The notes under the pieces were generated by a model that was not told the DNA's origin, did not search any database, and worked only from the letters and a program-made list of their open reading frames with translations. 64,000 nucleotides of DNA from positions 1-64,000 of the forward strand of contig MU271391.1 in assembly GCA_021432655.1 (NCBI GenBank), read 5' to 3'. The position numbers were made by a program, and so were the translations under genes. Below are positions 26,756 through 40,199 of the stretch, piece after piece. Origin of the DNA: Atractiella rhizophila. Lineage: Eukaryota. Position 1 is the stretch's first letter. Each line of letters starts with the position of its first letter.

Positions 26756-28773
26756 ATGGCATCCACGTCTCCTGTTGACCCAATTACAGGAGCAATAACA
26801 CCTGTCCCATACACGAAAGAGCTAGCAGTACGTCCCCTGCCCCAACCATCCATCAGGCACTCACTCCCCTTGTTCCTTCCCAGTTGAAAAATGTGAGCAT
26901 CATTAGACTGAATTCTTGTGGCTCAGATTCAACTTCATAGGTCTACCCGCTGGTTTGTGATTGCCTTAATCCTCAAACATCACTTAAAGATCTGGACAGG
27001 TCGTGGGCCAGTTCTTCTCTTTTGGTATGGACTTTGTGTGTTGTCGAACAGCTCACTCAGACCGAAGTAGCTCTCTTTGGCGTATCATCGCTGCAGTTTT
27101 ACTACTGCTTCAAGTAAGGCCAAGTTCGTTCGGTTTCTTTCAGCCTTACACGTCGAGACAGGCTTCTTGCACGCTCAACGCGGAAGGAAACGTACAACTT
27201 TCTTACGCTTGTCGCCTTCGCCATTCTGGTACTCCATCCGTTCTACTTCTTACGAAGTTTTGACGAACGTGCGAACAGGATTTAGCAGATCAAATTGGGA
27301 AAGGCGAGTTTTTTTGGAAGTACATCGAGTCGGCTGTCACCCTTGGACTGTCGTCAGCCTTCGTCCCAGGACCCAAGGTCAGTTATGTGAATTCAGTTGT
27401 TGGGGGTCAGTCTGTCCTATATTCTTTCATTTTCCAGCCAGAATTCTAATCCGATCACTTGAGCAGGCGCTACTATCCCCATAGCTTGTCATATATACTA
27501 CATGGTCAGAATCTACCGCATCAGTAGGAACTGGAAGTGGCGAAATCTCGTTGTTGCAGGCCTCGGTTTTTGCTTGCTAGTCAGCATCATGGCGGTTTGT
27601 ATTTCGTCTCAACCCATTTCCCCCACTCACATCTCTCAAGTCTGTTTTCGCCTTGATCACTGGACGAGTTGGATTCCGGAAACCTATCGACTATGGACAT
27701 GATCTCAGAACGTGCGTAGAATGCTTTCGCGATAAGAAACATCTCTGAAAACTACTTTGTCTCCCTTCAGGCTTCCGTGAGTCGTGCCTGTTCCGTCTCC
27801 AGGACATCTTGCTGACGTGCCACACAGCGTTCCATGGCTCGCTGGTGATGCCTTTGTCGATATTGTCTTGTCCCTGTAATTCCTTGTTGAATAAGGGACT
27901 TGATTGATGACTGACGACGCGCTTTAGCATTTTGGTTGTTTACCTCCGATCTCAACGCTCCGAGTTCAAAGATACGAATGCTCTCATCAACAAGTGGATC
28001 TTCATTAGGCAAGCTTGATTTTTCTCTTACCACCTAATATCTGATATACTTTTAGTTTGGAGTCTGGGGTAGGTGTCTCGTCATTACGACATTTCGTCAG
28101 AGCTGAAAGGTCACCTTGAACTTGAAAGTTGCTTTCAGCAATTTGCGCTATGGGTGGTAAGTGATTCTACCTGACCTTTTCCCCCAGGCCGATGTAAACT
28201 TGTAGATTTGCTGCTTGCCGTCATCTTTCCCAACGAACCGTATCACTTTGCGTACGCTCACCCTGTGCTCTTTCGCGCCATCTAACGTTTGTGTTGGAAT
28301 GAAAGTGTGAATTACATTCTCACAAGTTTGTGTCTTCCCTTCGTATATGAAAGCCTGCAGCTGAAGATTATTGGCCGATGTAGAGGTCTATATCAACTCG
28401 GTGAGTCCTACATTTTTCAGTTCACGACTGCAAACTTATATCTTTACAGGTCCTCATTCTCTTCCACACTGTGACCCGCAACCGAGTTAAAGGTCGGGAC
28501 ACTTCTTCTGATGGCAGCACGAATCCACGTTACACCGGTTCTCTGAAGCAGGGGGTGTGTGTAACCTTTCTTTCCAGAATTGAATTTAAACATCTTTTCC
28601 AGATTACTGTTGAAACTGCTGTCGTGACGCAGAACGACGACGTACCTCATGCCCAAGTGGTCAGCTTCGAAGGCCAGCCAAAATATAAATCTCGCGATCA
28701 TCTTGACGATGAAGAGGCGTCCTACCGCGAAAAAGGGACTGTCGCCGTCCAGGTGGAAGATCACGACCGTTGA
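26756..28773 (+). CDS. Multi-pass membrane protein, DUF6534-like, with many short exons
   Basis: MASTSPVDPITG start; hydrophobic exons (LFGVSSLQFYYC, YMVRIYRISRNW, LVVAGLGFCLLVS); VYINS|VLILFH near the end; polar tail ending VEDHDR*; 9-nt microexon at 26884-26892. Confidence 0.65.
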
Positions 28774-29043
28774 TGCCTCTTTGTTTCGTCAGTTTGTTTG
28801 CATTAAGTATCGTTCAATCATCCGTCGTTGTAGTTCAGTTTCGGTATATGTCAAAATCCTCTTAAGAGGGAGCTTCTGTCTCGTCAGATCGCAATAAAAT
28901 CATTATTTGCATTGTTTCCCTCTTCCCTGTGTTCTGCGTGCTCAATCTGCCTCCGTGAGTGCGAGAGAAAGAGTTCTGAGCTGGCACCAGGTATAAAGCA
29001 ATGGAGCTTTACAACGATCACAACAGCAACCCTCGACCATAGA

Positions 29044-31503
29044 TCAGGCAACACTAGTGGCTCGACTCGAGGCTCTACTCGTTCCTCGGCTTTCCGTGCT
29101 CCTCCTACTCTTTTCTCTATACCTCCTATTGTATTCTCGTTTTTTCTCCCGCTTCTTCTCACCTTCCTTGCCTTCCGCCTTGGCTATCACACGCCTCTCC
29201 ACCTCCCTCACCATGGTCCCTAATCCTTCAAGGGATACGCCGACAAGGTCTGCTGCTTTCGAAAGAAAGATGTTGTAACGCGGCGGAAGGAGGCCAAACG
29301 GATCGTACTCGTAGACAGTGTAAGGGTTTACAAGTCTTGGCGGGAGTACGAGTGGTTGTGGTGTGCGGGGTGGGGAAAGAGTTGGCAAAACCTCTGTCTT
29401 TGAAGTGGAAGGCAGGTAGATCCTCGAGACATGAGAAATGTAGTCATCAATCTCTTCGACAGACATGTCAGGAGGCGATCGTTCAACACCCGTACTAATT
29501 TTCTTTCAGCGCTGATGAAAAGAGCAGCTCAAGAAATACTGACCAATCCTTGATTTGTTTCAACCACGTATCGATATGCTCCCTCTCCTGCTCATCGGCC
29601 CCTTCCCACTCGATGCTCATCTTGCAACAAACGACGAGTGCAGCCATGCACAACAGTTCAGGTTGTGCTCCAATCTCTCTCGAGAACTCAGCTCCACCGC
29701 GACCGCGGCTCTTACTCCTGCTCCTACTCCGGCTGACACCCCTTTGACGTGTCGTCCCACCTCTCCCTCGATTGGGGGTCCGACTCCGGCTCCGGCTACG
29801 ACTGGGGGTGCGACTTCTGCTACGTCTGCTGCCTTCGCTGCTGCTGTCCTCGTCCTCTCGACCGGGATGGGGATTGACAGTCCAGGACAGCGCATGAGGC
29901 CATTCCGAAATCATTCGCTTCGTTGCTGAGTAGATTATTGCTGCACTATCACTGAATATTTGTTAGGAATGCAGCAGCGGAACGGCTGACGAGATAAGCC
30001 TAATTGATGTACCCATCCTGCTAATAACACCTTCACTTCCAGTAATGGAAAGGAAATTCCTCGTGCCTCGAACATCCTCGCAAACCGATAAATCCAAGTA
30101 GAAAGGCCTGCAGTCTTCTTGGTCGGATGAGCTTGAATGACGTCCTACCACGCTTATAAACAATTGTGCGCCGATGCAAGAATGAAAGGACGGACGTGGA
30201 CCTCGAGTCCTTGCCACACGCTCTTGCTGATATGTGATTTGACCTCATCATCCATTCCAGCCTCTTTCAGTCTTCCGCTTGTAAGTAATCGAAGATAAGG
30301 GATGTAGCCTTCCCGAGCAAGGTTGCAAATGACTGCTACACCTCCAGGAGGAGGCAAAGGGATTCGGAGGACGTGAAATGCTAGATACAAGATGCAAAGT
30401 GTGAAGTGAAGCTTTGGATGAGAAGTATAGATCGTGTTTGTCGTGATTTGACGTTGGCGTGTTGGCAAACCCGAACGCAAGGGGAAAGGAGGGTAGCGCG
30501 GAGGAACTTCTTCATCCTCATTCCGTTCCTCCTCCTCCTGAGGCTCCTGCTCTTCATCTTCATCTTCTTCTGTGCCAGAGATAGGCTCGGAAGATGACGA
30601 ATCGCTGCTCTCCTCTTCCATCTTCAATTCTTCATCCAAATCCTGGTTTTCAACCTTCATTTGTGTGGCTCCATCCGAATCCTGCTCTTCGGTCTCAAGT
30701 GGAGTTGGTCGCAATACTTCCTCTCCTAAGCTGCTCAGGTAAATGCTCCAAAGTTCTCTAACAACAATCTAATCCACCTTGAGCTCTTTGTTACTCACCT
30801 ACCATTGAGAGATTCACCTCGAAGGTAGGCGGTAGAGAGAGTAGTTGCGTCAGCGTGTGAGCTTGCAGATGTAGTACTCGGGTGAGGAGCAGGAAATGGA
30901 GGAAGTGTGCTCTCGAACCGTGATCCTCTGTCGAAGACGACGTTCAGAATGCGAACCAAGTACTCAAAACATGTTCAATGACCGCGAGGCTAAGCAGGGA
31001 TGCAGAGCTCGATTTCATAAAATTATTTGACAGTTGGAACTGAACTGTTTTCTTAGTGCGATTGAAATAAAATGTGATGTCCGCTCTTCCCTACGTGAAG
31101 ACGCTAGAGTTTGATTTTATTGGAAGAGATATTTATCACTATTTAGGATACAAGGACTTCCCTTCTTAAAGAGCACAGACTGGAAGAGCCAAAGCAACAA
31201 TTGGATGAACGAAGCATATTCACGAACCACGCTCGTCGCAGTCCATTGATACATGTCTGAAAGGAACTTACTCAAGCTCCTCCCCCTCTCTTTCTCCCCT
31301 GCTCTCTTCCCACCTTTCCGCCCTTTCTTCACCGTTCTCCTTTGAAGCGTATACTGGCTGCCGGGGCCAACCTCCAGCTCATTTGTCTCCCGAACGTAAT
31401 TCTGCAATACATGTCCCTCGTCCCTACACACAAGGATGCTGCTGTTACCTGGAGAGCGACGCCAGCGGGTGCAGCCGCAGATGGGGCAAGGAGGTGGTTT
31501 CAT
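29044..31503 (-). CDS. RRN7: RNA polymerase I core factor subunit Rrn7 / TAF1B
   Basis: N-terminal zinc ribbon CPICGCTRWRR...LVCRDEGH, VVRELWSIYL, TLCILYLAFHVLRIP, YIPYL, PELLCMAALVVCCKM. Confidence 0.8.
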
Positions 31504-32300
31504 GTTTTCATGAGCCCTAACCCTGCTTCTAGTCGACAAACAAGGTTGGAGGAGGAACTTTTATTCCAACGAGCCAGTGCCCAGTGAATGGATGTTGTTG
31601 TACTTATTACAAGTGGTCAGCACCTCTCTCTTTTATGTTCTAGCTGCTTTGTTTCTTTCGCTATACTGTCTTCCACTTCCGTTGCGCAATACCTCTTTTT
31701 TGGTTAAAATGAACCGGAAGGGCCAAATGAGTGTGCGCATTAACGTGAAGGTAGAAAATCGAGCAATATTCATGGAAATGATGGCGAAAGAGCGGGCTGA
31801 GATGATGAAAGTTGTTAGCCCATCCGAGAACAACGACCAACAAAAGTCCCAGTGCTTGCTTCGTAGTCTGATGTAGCAAGCTATGCTCCCCGTCACTACT
31901 CCACTGATTTGCGGTATTCAGTTGTCATCCGCCCGTATTTTGCGCGAAGAAAGTTTCTGTCTGTTGTGAAAGAGCAGCCCGATGACATGAATCCATGCAC
32001 AGAGCAGTGTCATCTCCAAATAGCGCTGCAGAGTCCTGAACCTTTCAAAGAAAGCAACTTTCGGAGACCGGGCTGCGTTCAGTTCGGCTGGACGCTCTAA
32101 CTTGAAGCTTTGTTGTCGGAATGGCATTCTACTTCACTCTTTCAGTTTTTCTGAGCTTGGCAACAAGAACAAACACCACAGGCATACTAGAAGGAATGAT
32201 GTCCTCTGGCTCAACAAAAACTCGTTGCTTGATGGTGTCTTGAGCAAACAGCTAAGGAGCACCGTCTTCACGACAAAATCAGTCAACCGCAAACAAAGGA

Positions 32301-34045
32301 ATCCTGCTCGCTTTCGTCTCTACAGCCGCCAATCCTGGATCAGGTTCTGGACGGATCAATTTCAACTTCACCGATTCGGGCACGAGATTTATGGAGTTCG
32401 AAACGATGCTCGCTCCAAATCTGCCTTTCTCTTTCTGACGACGAATGCTTGCATACCCAAGCAACGGACGAATCGATCTTCCCTGTCACATTTGATGTTG
32501 ATCTCAACGAGGCAACAGCTTATTGTCCTCCATCTTTTGTTCCACGAATGCCCCAGCTCAATAGTTCTGATGAACACGGACAACAAGTCGAATAACAACA
32601 TTGTCACGAATATAGAGGACGTGGGTCTGAGGATTGATGTCCTGTTACAAGAGAAATGGAACTCCGATCCTTTCAACGACCTCCCTCCTGAACTCATACA
32701 TCGAATTTTCTCTTCTATGATTGAGGTCGACGATGTCGATGCGGAACGACGAGGATATTCTCATCTCCCGCGATACCTACAACAAATCCGCCTCAAAGAC
32801 GGCGTTGTATTCACTTTGCCGCGCCGTGGGGACGTTGTGTCACTGTTCTGGACCTGGAACTGGACGTAAATTTTGGCCACTTCGTGTCCCCTCTGCCAAG
32901 GCTCCCCAGATCTCCTCACTGGTACTGTTCAAACAATATCCGGCTGCTTCTTCTCACTTACGTCCGCTTATCATCCGAGACGAGGGTTTTGAACGCGCAG
33001 GTGCCAATTGGTGCGACCTGGAAGCTATTTTCACAACGTGCACCAGATTGAACTTGATTTATTTATTCGTTAAGCCACCAACGAAGAGGGAGACGCGAAA
33101 ACGGATCTTAAACAGCTTACTCTCTCTCCCACCTATGAAGATGCTTCAGTTGACAAACACGAGAGAACACGGTAGCTGCAGGTGGGACACCCTTGATCTT
33201 GACTACCTTCTCTCCAAGGGACTGAACCTGAACGCGCTTGCGATTTGTGGTTGGGATCTACGGAGCAGCAGCAATTTTCCATGGCTCAGAAAGCACCAAA
33301 CTTACGAACTTTAACCATTCGATCCTGCCCCGTCCTGGCCAACACTCTGCGGTCTTTTTTGCCTTTTCTCCTGCCTATTGGTTTGTCTGCAGAAAGCAGT
33401 CCTATCCCCTTCAACTGCAGTTATGAAAGCTTTTGGCCAGGCCTAGCGAACCAAAAAGACCTTTTACAGATCATAGACAGCCTTCGACCGCATTTGTACG
33501 GACTTGCTTGTCCCCTTCGCCCCTACTCGACCTCTCAAACTGCTTTGGTGCCGACGATATCCCAATCGCTCGATAGCTATTTCTATTCTCTGCGCAGTAA
33601 GCATTCTTTCCCCTACGTACTTGAGTCATAACCAGTGCCCAGATATCCGTCAGATCCTCATAGACGGCGGTCACGAACAATCTGACATGATTTCCCGTCA
33701 ATTTCTACGTGATCTGCCGAGACTTCCTTCTCTCATTGCGTTAGACGTTCACTGGTCTTTCATCGATCCGGAAACCATCCCGAAATTTCTGGCAACCCAG
33801 AAAGCAGATATATTCACGCCAACAAAGTTTTGTTTGTCCATCACTCCCTTGTTTGGTGACTTTCAGTGGAGCGTTGAGGTGTTCCAAGCCCGACTTGCAA
33901 CAGACTGCGAACTTAGTAGTTATCGTAGGTTTGAACGTTATGATGTAGCTCAAGAAGTCCTACGTTACGAAGTTACGAAGGGACGTGTTTCGAGGTGCTA
34001 TGGGACGAAGGAGGGTACGAGGATAATGCCGACCCGAGGTGGTAG
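32301..34045 (+). pseudogene. Frameshifted paralog of the 10154-11890 F-box-like gene
   Basis: Colinear fragments ILLAFVS, DESIFPVTF, PFNDLPPELIHRIF, YLFVKPP, LAICGWDLR, ESFWPGL, QILIDGGHE, LSITPLFGD and ADPRW* are spread over all three frames. There are at least 6 frame breaks, including a deletion of the VNRYFA region near 32793. Confidence 0.85.
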
Positions 34046-34249
34046 AGTGTGGATCTTTGTGTAACGGAGTACAATCTTAGGGCGGTCGAACTTAGATCAG
34101 AATACGGGTTCCTATGTAGATACACACATATAGAGTAGCGTGATGAGCCGGGTGCGATCAGCTGTAGCATTGCAGTATTGAAAAAACTTTAAAATTTTGT
34201 GCGACATGGTTCTAACCTCTGACAACTGCTTGCCAATATCGTCATTTCT

Positions 34250-36793
34250 TCAAAATGGCCACCTCTCAACCTCCTCTCCAAGTGCGACCCAGTTACTCAG
34301 CAATTGGATCATCTCTTCCTCGTCCTCCAATAACGACAACGAAACATCTGCTTTTAGCCCTGCAACGGCCTGAGTCTCGTTCCAAGGAAGCCACGGTTTT
34401 CGATCCACCTTGCAAGCCGTGTACGAATCGGGAAGAACGTCTTTGGTGAAGTAATCTTGCATGATTTTGGCAGTGCAATAGCTGGTCTGGCTAACAGCGC
34501 AATGTCCCCAACCGTCCACCTGTTCCACGAGCCGCGCATTGGAACCAAGCCTTTCAAACGCTCGTTTCGCTGCAATCAATGGGGTGGACTAGAACAACCA
34601 TGAGCTGCTGTTACTTTCTCATGAAGGAATAACGAACAGGATCGAAGTGCTGAGATGCGATGATGATTGGCATTTCCAAGGTGCCATTAGGGATACCGAA
34701 CGGACCAGGGTACCTGGACCATATGTTTAACATTGGTTTGTGCCACAAAGGCAACCAAACCTGTGCTGCCAGCTGACGTCCCATGTATCGCAATGTGCCA
34801 TAAGGTGAAATCCATCCCCTGTTCTAGGGGAATACATTTTGACGACTTTCAATAGGTACCTTGCGAACTCTTCAGTGGTCGGAGCAGGACGTTGAGCATC
34901 ATAAGGCTTTGAGTCCGCACATGCAATCGCGAGGCTACATTTAGAAGGTGCTTCATTAGTTTTGTTCATTGGTTGATAAGAAAAGCTAACCCTGCAAATA
35001 GAGTGTCGCCTGGCATCGTGGTTGCGTTGAACAGACTGATATTTGCTGGTAGGCCATCAGCAAACATCTCGACTAATGATTGTAGCGCTTCCTCGCCGTT
35101 GCGAGGGAACAGAGCTTTGTCTAGTGCATGAGACGAAGCATTCCATTGTGCTATCGAGTAAGTCGTCCGAAAGTATGCTTTGCGAACTTGTGCCGCATGA
35201 TAAGTTAGGGAAGGAACCTGCTTCGAGCTTGCTGGTTGTGGGGAGCGGTATAGAGAATCTAAAAGTGCATCCATTGCTTCCAGCAGTTTCGCGGATGTGG
35301 AGAAATGAACCGCAAGGGGACAAAGTGATGGTCCCGCAGAGAGACAGGAGGAGGCGAAGGCTCGAAACACTGCATTGGGTCAGAACGAGCTATGTCAAAT
35401 TGGGGAACTACCATGATCAACATCCTCTATCCCATCCGTTACTTCTTCGATGCTATAATCCGCCCATTTCTCGGGATCCACCACACCATCAATAAAAATG
35501 TGTCCAATTCGTGATGGTTTCAATATCTGGACGAGATATTGACCAATGATCGTTCCGTAGCTAAGGTACGAATCAGCACCATAATGAAAATAGGAAAGGT
35601 TCAGGTTACCTCACTCCCCAAAAGTTGCTGAATTTCGACTCGTATAAGTTAAAGCAAGTTAGTAGAGAATCTGCGTACACTTTCGCATCCTCGCCATCAA
35701 TGGCTGTGGCCATCCACTCAATGTCTCTCACCACATCAGCTGTCCCAAGGTATCTGAGATAATCTCCATGCACTTCCTTGCACTTCTTCGCGACACTCGT
35801 TAAGCCTGCTCGCAGGCTTCCTAGTTGAGAGTCGAGATGATACGGATGAAGCAACGATAGATTCGCAGGAATATCGAGGTAATAGGATTGGGCGGCGTTG
35901 AGAACGTATTGTTCGGCGAGCGTATCAAAGCACCTTATGCCAGGGACAGTCTTGTTGATTCCACGAGGATCGAAGCCTTTCGTATGAGCCTCAGAAGAAG
36001 AGAACACAAGTAATCAATGGCATGGACGAACCCACAATATCGTATTGGCCTTTGAAAAGTGAGTGAGCGATATTCGAACTGAAAACCAGTTCGTAAACAA
36101 CGAACCTTTCAACACCTTCCACAGCGCAGGTCCTCTGGTACCTGGAGTCCATAAGTAACGTTGTGGACGGAAGCCGATGGCATACCCTGAATCATTGCAG
36201 TACCACTTCCACCTTTAAATTTCGATTAAATATTTCTAAGTCGCAAGTGAAGCACTAACCAGGGCCACCTGGATCTGCCAGGTTGCTCAGTCCTAGGTTA
36301 GAAGGGAAGCCAACTCAGAACACAAACTGATGAAAAGAGCTCCTTTCCTCTCCTTTTTCTCAGCAGGAATCATACTGACAGCGATTTGGTAGCTCCTCTC
36401 ATCCGATAAGTTCAGGTGGTTGAGTGGAACCGGGATCATGGAACACAACCAGTTAGCCTCCTCCTTAGCAGGATTGAAACAGGGTGTCCAGACAGGAGGA
36501 ACAGGTCGTCCGGTGTGACGATTTGAACTGGACACATCTCTGGCCTCAGTCTGGTGTATAAAGACACCACCCCGTCGCGCTTCCCAAGGGGTGTAGGTAA
36601 AATAGAGAACAACACAAGCGGCAAGCAAAAACACTGATTTGGCAACAACACCATGGCTGCGGCTCTTCCCTACAGCAGGAAGTAATGGGGCGGGTCCCCC
36701 ATGCTAGCAAGTTGGAACGACAGTGTACGTGAAAAGAAGAAGACATACATTATCCGCGCGGAGTAGTGACGGCTTGTGAGTCACGTAGCACAT
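34250..36793 (-). CDS. Alpha/beta hydrolase, peptidase S33 tripeptidyl-aminopeptidase-like (TAP-like C-terminal domain)
   Basis: PGGPGG segment, GFDPRGIN, GTADVVRDIE, nucleophile motif WGVSYGT split by an intron, IDGVVD, FDPVTP, GWGHCA; N-terminal membrane anchor. Confidence 0.88.
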
Positions 36794-36897
36794 TTGGTGG
36801 GGTTGAATGATGATTTGCAGTTTATCCGAATCTTAGCATCGCTCTATCTCGGCTCTATCGATTTGTGCCTTGCTTGGGTAAACACTGCTGCAGCTTG

Positions 36898-38348
36898 CTA
36901 GGAGTCCTGGGCCGTCCAATGATCTTTCCCCCAAGTTGCTGCTACGAGCAATGGGAAGACTATTGTCTGGACACACAGCATGATGAGCCAGATTCAGGGA
37001 ATAGCAGCAGAAAGAGGGCTCACAGCTTCTGCGCAAATCTGCTCCCAGGAGAAAAGTCAGCTTCTTGACACGAAGGGGGAAAGCGCTGCATCAACGCGCA
37101 TGGAGAACGAGGGGGTGAGAGTAGAAAGGAAAGTGGAAGGCACCTTGACAGTTTCCGCGTCCCCTCGTATCTTCCCCCAGCTAACAGCCTCATCGGGGCT
37201 GGCACCAGAATCAGAGCCGTCGAACTCTTGAGCAGTATTTATGAATACTGAGTAGTCGGCACCGTTTCGCCCCTGACATCCCCAAGGACAGAAATCAGAA
37301 CTTGGCCACTGCGAGTGCTGAGGAAAGGGAAAGTAGGAGGAAGAAGGCGTACGACCAACATAGCGTTATTGATGTGATGTTTCGTGACTCCTCCTCCAAG
37401 GATGATCTGTCCCGCTTTCTTCGCTCGGAACGTCAAATCGTTTAGCTCCTTCATGTCCGCTACGATGTCAAGGACCAGACCAGGGGAGCGGAAGGAATGA
37501 AAATATATCATGTCTCCTATTGATCCATCGGTGAGAGCGGGACAGAAGACGGGAATATCATTCTTTATATCGTACACCATCGCAGCGTTAGCATCGCCAA
37601 AGGGGCGACATGAGAAAGTCACGAACTTTCCACGCCCAATAATATATCGACTCTTCGTTATTTATCTCCTCTCCCAACCGCGCGATAAACCGACGCGGAG
37701 TCCAAAGCTTCCCTTGTGTGCTTTGTTCGTCTAGCATCTTCTGTAGGAGGGGATCCAACCACTCTTGAAACTTGCAATAATTGTCATTCGGGACGAGAAG
37801 ATTTCCGATCCGATTCATGCCTTGTTTCCTCAGCGTGGCTCCATCGAGCTTGAAATCTCCAAGCAAGGTAGGACCAAGACATTTGATAATATCTTCCTCA
37901 ATCCCTCCTGCTGTCGTGACGATTGCTGAAACGTGCTTGTGCTGGACGAGGAAGCGGATGATCTCACGCAAGCCTGAGGAGACGATGTTGCTTGTGTAGC
38001 CAAGGAAGATGGTGCATTTCGTTTCTTCGCGAACGCGAGGATCAGTCCATAACTCGCTCTCGTCTGCTGGAATAGGTTCTTGCGAAAGTCGCCATTTCCT
38101 CTAGCAAATTCAGCTTGTTTCCAGATATGAAGAAATGGAAGAGTGACCATTTTATCAACGATAGAGATTCCCTTAGCCAACCCAGTCGCTTGAAATCCCA
38201 AGGTGGCGTAGGAGGAAAGCAATGACTGCAAGTCATGAGCAGAGTTGAAGTCGGGACCTCTAATCGTGATTGTGTCGGATGATGGAGGCAGCGGCGCAGA
38301 AGGGACAAGGATAGACTCTGTAAAAGCACTTTGGGCTCCAAATGACAT
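36898..38348 (-). CDS. DYS1: Deoxyhypusine synthase
   Basis: [90 protein letters not shown]. Confidence 0.95.
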
Positions 38349-38399
38349 TTCTAATAATTTCTATGAAAGAATCTCAGGCAAGCAAGTTGAAGAATGGAA

Positions 38400-38890
38400 G
38401 AGATCGTCTGCTCAAAAAATGCAAAACAATTAAAAAAACTGAAGGGGAAAACTCAAGAAGCCTGAAGGGCCCAAGGGGGACACAGAAAGAAAGACACAAA
38501 AACAAAGGGGAAGAAAAGTAAAGAAGACCAAAAAAGCAGCCAAGAGCAGCAAAGGGCGAGAAAGAACCTAAAAAAAACTAAAAAAACTGTGCAGAGAGCA
38601 CAGCATAGATGAAATCCGCGAAATTCGCGCCAATGGCAACCCGCCGAAACTCCCCCCAAGTCAAAACCAAAGGAACCGTCCCTAATCCGCGCCGCAAACT
38701 TTGAAAGGCCGGAAAAAAGGGGGGCAACGGTAACCGGGGTTAATCCCGCAACCAAAAACCCAAAAAAACGCAAGCCAACAAAAAAAAACCGGTTTGAAGA
38801 CAACAAAAAAAAATGAACTTCCAACTTAAAAAATCCCGCCCTTGCCCAAAAAAAAAAAGAACGCAAAGGGAAAACCCTTCCTTTCCCAAT
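38400..38890. other. T-depleted, homopolymer-rich stretch (probable low-quality sequence) between DYS1 and MRX11
   Basis: Numerous A5-A11, C and G runs and very few T on the + strand, unlike the flanks. Confidence 0.7.
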
Positions 38891-38949
38891 GTTGTTTAGT
38901 GGAATCGTAGCTTATTCCAGGACTAGCTTGCATGCCGTCATCACCAATC

Positions 38950-39886
38950 ATGTTCACCCGCCGCCTCTTTCAATTCCAGCCTTTCGCCCGCACCATGCGA
39001 CAGCGACCTTCCAAATACATATACCCTCAAACTCGCCAAGTCGCACAACGGCGTTCCATGTCAATTTTTCAATCCACCCTGCAGAGCTTGCGACAGAAAC
39101 ACCCAGATGTTGATCCTATATCTTTGATTGCCGCCTTTTTGATCCTTCACGAATGTACGGCATTTCTTCGCTCTTTCAGTCATGACGGGATAATATCCTA
39201 ACAATATGGGCTCTTGGAATAGTGACAGCCATTGTCCCCCTTGTACTAGGATTCTTTGCATTCGATTACCTTAACACTGGCACATGGATTGTCGAACGTC
39301 TTTCTGCTATTTCCTCTCCTCACACTTCTCCGGTACACTCATCCACATCCTCATCCACGTCAGACGAAGAATCATGGTCGGAGGGGAAAGAGACCCCGCG
39401 AAAGCCGGGGACGTCGTGGGCTGGAGAAAAGCTGCAAGAAACAGTTAGGGAGTGGATAGTGGATGGGAAGAAGGCAGCAGAGAAGGTGGGGAGGAAATGG
39501 GGGATCATGGGGTTCCCAAAAGAGGAAGGGAAGCTTTCCAAAGACCCTGAAGAGGCGGGAGGAGCGATCCCAGTGGAACTCGGCAGTGCCACTGAGGGAG
39601 GGGAGCATAAGCGCGTTGCCGAAGGAGTTGCAAACTTCGTAGCTGCTTATGCAGCGGTTAAGGTCCGCCATCCCTTCATTTCTCTGTGTCACCCTTCATG
39701 TGTTCCTGCATGAGCTGCTTATTGATGGGGATGTATGGATAGATTTTGCTTGTCCCCAGAATTTTGTTGTCTGCTTGGATGGCACCTTGGTTGGCTAGGA
39801 CAACTGTTGGACGGTGGAGAGCAGCACGTAGGATGGCACTGAAAAAGATGGAGGAGCAACCTAAGAAGAGAAATATTCGTGGATGA
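38950..39886 (+). CDS. MRX11: Mitochondrial FLILHELTA-family protein (Mrx11-like)
   Basis: Arg-rich presequence-like N-terminus; AFLILHE|VTAIVP signature; AAYAAVK|ILLVPRILLSAWMAPWLAR. Confidence 0.8.
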
Positions 39887-40199
39887 AAGGTGGGGAGGAG
39901 TTGTTAATCCAAGACTGGAGACTATCATCGTTTATTACGGATTGCCAGCTTGAATAAGAGCAGCTTGATCAAAGTCCACGTACTACGGTACTACGGTAGC
40001 ATAAGAACGACTCTATTTCGTGTTTACCTTAACCTCTTGGATATTATCCACAATTGACAATGACCACAGTCTGGTGATGCGTGGAAGATCCAGGCGGCAA
40101 GTGAGGATGTACCCAGTTGCTCCATCAAAATTTCGACCACCTTGTTCCATACGTTCGCCCCTCTTAAATCCCACTTAATCCTTCTGAATCTCGTACATC

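Noticed and set aside
38453..38866. 137-aa Phe-rich minus-strand ORF
   Set aside because: By-product of the A-rich, T-depleted stretch.
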